Under the pieces are notes generated by a model, which was not told the origin of the DNA, did not search any database, and worked only from the letters and a program-made list of their open reading frames with translations. The position numbers and the translations under genes are program-made. From a bacterium (lineage in GTDB: Bacteria > Fidelibacterota > UBA8477 > JABMPR01), in NCBI GenBank assembly GCA_013202895.1, contig JABMPR010000293.1, positions 1-15,567 on the forward strand: a stretch of DNA of 15,567 nucleotides, read 5' to 3'. Of the stretch, positions 14,291-15,567 are shown one piece after another. Within the stretch, counting starts at the first letter, position 1. Every line of letters begins with the position of its first letter.

Positions 14291-15567
14291 TGAAACTGGC
14301 TAAAGTAATATATCGGCTCTCTGGCATCCAGAAAATCGCTGGTGATCTTGACTGTGAGATTACCGAAATGACACATGATTCCAGGGATGTTGGATCAAAC
14401 ACTCTATTCATTGCCATGCGTGGGCTTGTATCGGATGGACACGAATTTATTGATAAAGCACTTGAAGCTGGAGCCAAAGCAATTGTTTTTGATCGTTCGG
14501 AAATAATTCTCCCTGGGAATATAGTCTCGATCCTGGTCAACGATTCTCGCCTGGCACTTCCAGTTCTTGCTGCCAATTTCTATGAGCATCCGGAATCTGA
14601 TTTGAATCTAATTGGAATTACCGGGACCAATGGCAAAACCACCTGCAATTATTTCATCCAACATTTATTATCCGCGGGCCAACTGAAGACAGGCAGGATC
14701 GGCACTACAGGGGCTGCATTGGATTCACTTGAGATAGATCTGATACACACAACTCCGGAATCTATCGATCTTTATTCAATCCTTAACACATTTGCAAAAG
14801 CGAATGCAAAAGTTGTAACGCTTGAGGTGTCCTCGCACGCTCTTGCACAACATCGGGTGGATGGTCTGGTTTTCAAAACGGCCATTTTCACAAACCTCAC
14901 TCAAGATCATCTCGATTATCACAATACTTTCGATGATTATCTGGAAGCAAAGCAGCTGCTCTTCACCGGGCTCCCCTCACATGCAATTGCCATAATCAAT
15001 TCAGATGACCCAGCAGCTGAGAAAATCATTTCACAAAGTAACGCTCGGGTCGTTCGCTATGGATATGGACCTAAAGCAAATTACCGCATCACAAAAAGCA
15101 TCTTAAATGATCGTGGCATTGAACTGCATATACAAACGCCTAATGAAGCATTTGTTGTCCAGGTTAATACTATTGGCAAGTACAACACCTATAATTTTCT
15201 AGCTGTCTTCACTGTCGCCCTGGAAATGGGTTGTGAAAGCGGTCTTATTGTCAAAGCATCCGAAAGTCTGCCAGCAGTTCCTGGTCGTCTGGAAAAGATG
15301 GTTAATACAGCACCCTTTAAAGTTTTCATCGATTATGCCCACACACCAGATGCCATGCAAACTGTCCTGGAAACCTTAGGTGAAGCCTACCCGTCGAATC
15401 GGATTATAACAGTTTTTGGCTGTGGTGGGGATCGTGATAAAGGGAAACGTCCAATAATGGGTGAGATTGCCACCAGGTTATCAACCTTTTGCATTATTAC
15501 TGATGATAATCCCAGATCAGAGTCACCCATGGATATCATAAAAGAGATAGAATCCGGCTGCGGGTCC
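14290..15567 (+). CDS. murE: UDP-N-acetylmuramoyl-L-alanyl-D-glutamate--2,6-diaminopimelate ligase MurE (3' truncated by the window end)
   Basis: Open frame of 426 codons, absent from the ORF track. MKLAKVIYRLSGIQKIAGD..., 'GITGTNGKTTCNYF' (about 14614-14643), 'TTPESIDLYSIL', 'LEVSSHALAQHRVDGLVFKTAIFTNLTQDHLDYH', 'VFIDYAHTPDAM', 'VFGCGGDRDKGKRPIMGEIA', and 'DNPR' (15505-15516), which is typical of meso-DAP-adding MurE. Confidence 0.95.
   Translation, partial: MKLAKVIYRLSGIQKIAGDLDCEITEMTHDSRDVGSNTLFIAMRGLVSDGHEFIDKALEAGAKAIVFDRSEIILPGNIVSILVNDSRLALPVLAANFYEHPESDLNLIGITGTNGKTTCNYFIQHLLSAGQLKTGRIGTTGAALDSLEIDLIHTTPESIDLYSILNTFAKANAKVVTLEVSSHALAQHRVDGLVFKTAIFTNLTQDHLDYHNTFDDYLEAKQLLFTGLPSHAIAIINSDDPAAEKIISQSNARVVRYGYGPKANYRITKSILNDRGIELHIQTPNEAFVVQVNTIGKYNTYNFLAVFTVALEMGCESGLIVKASESLPAVPGRLEKMVNTAPFKVFIDYAHTPDAMQTVLETLGEAYPSNRIITVFGCGGDRDKGKRPIMGEIATRLSTFCIITDDNPRSESPMDIIKEIESGCGS

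Noticed and set aside
14217-14576. 119-aa minus-strand ORF across the ftsI/murE junction
   Set aside because: Antisense to two well-supported essential genes, with no recognisable motif.
1-15567. CRISPR array, tRNA, rRNA, transposase or prophage
   Set aside because: No regularly spaced repeats, tRNA-like or rRNA-like sequence, terminal inverted repeats or transposase/integrase motifs were seen on either strand.

Overview
This 15.6 kb window looks like an ordinary bacterial chromosome segment. All recognisable genes are on the + strand and tightly packed. In order: a PpiD/SurA-type periplasmic foldase; a small CxxCH haem-binding-domain protein; a MotA-like stator protein followed by two different tandem MotB/OmpA-like proteins; a large PorU-like C25 (gingipain-family) peptidase with a FlgD/type-A-CTD-like C-terminus; Maf nucleotide pyrophosphatase; a RodZ-like HTH+TM protein; a 441 bp non-coding stretch ending in a likely MraZ-box promoter; and the start of the dcw cluster (mraZ, rsmH, ftsL, PASTA-containing PBP/ftsI, and murE, which runs off the window end and is missing from the ORF track). 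The gene content suggests a Gram-negative, meso-DAP, FCB-superphylum-like organism (Marinimicrobia-like or similar), but this is inference. The best candidate for something unusual is the single MotA plus two divergent MotB-like B-subunits, directly upstream of a PorU-like peptidase and with no flagellar genes visible. Most of the rest is conventional. I found no CRISPR array, tRNA, rRNA or mobile element.
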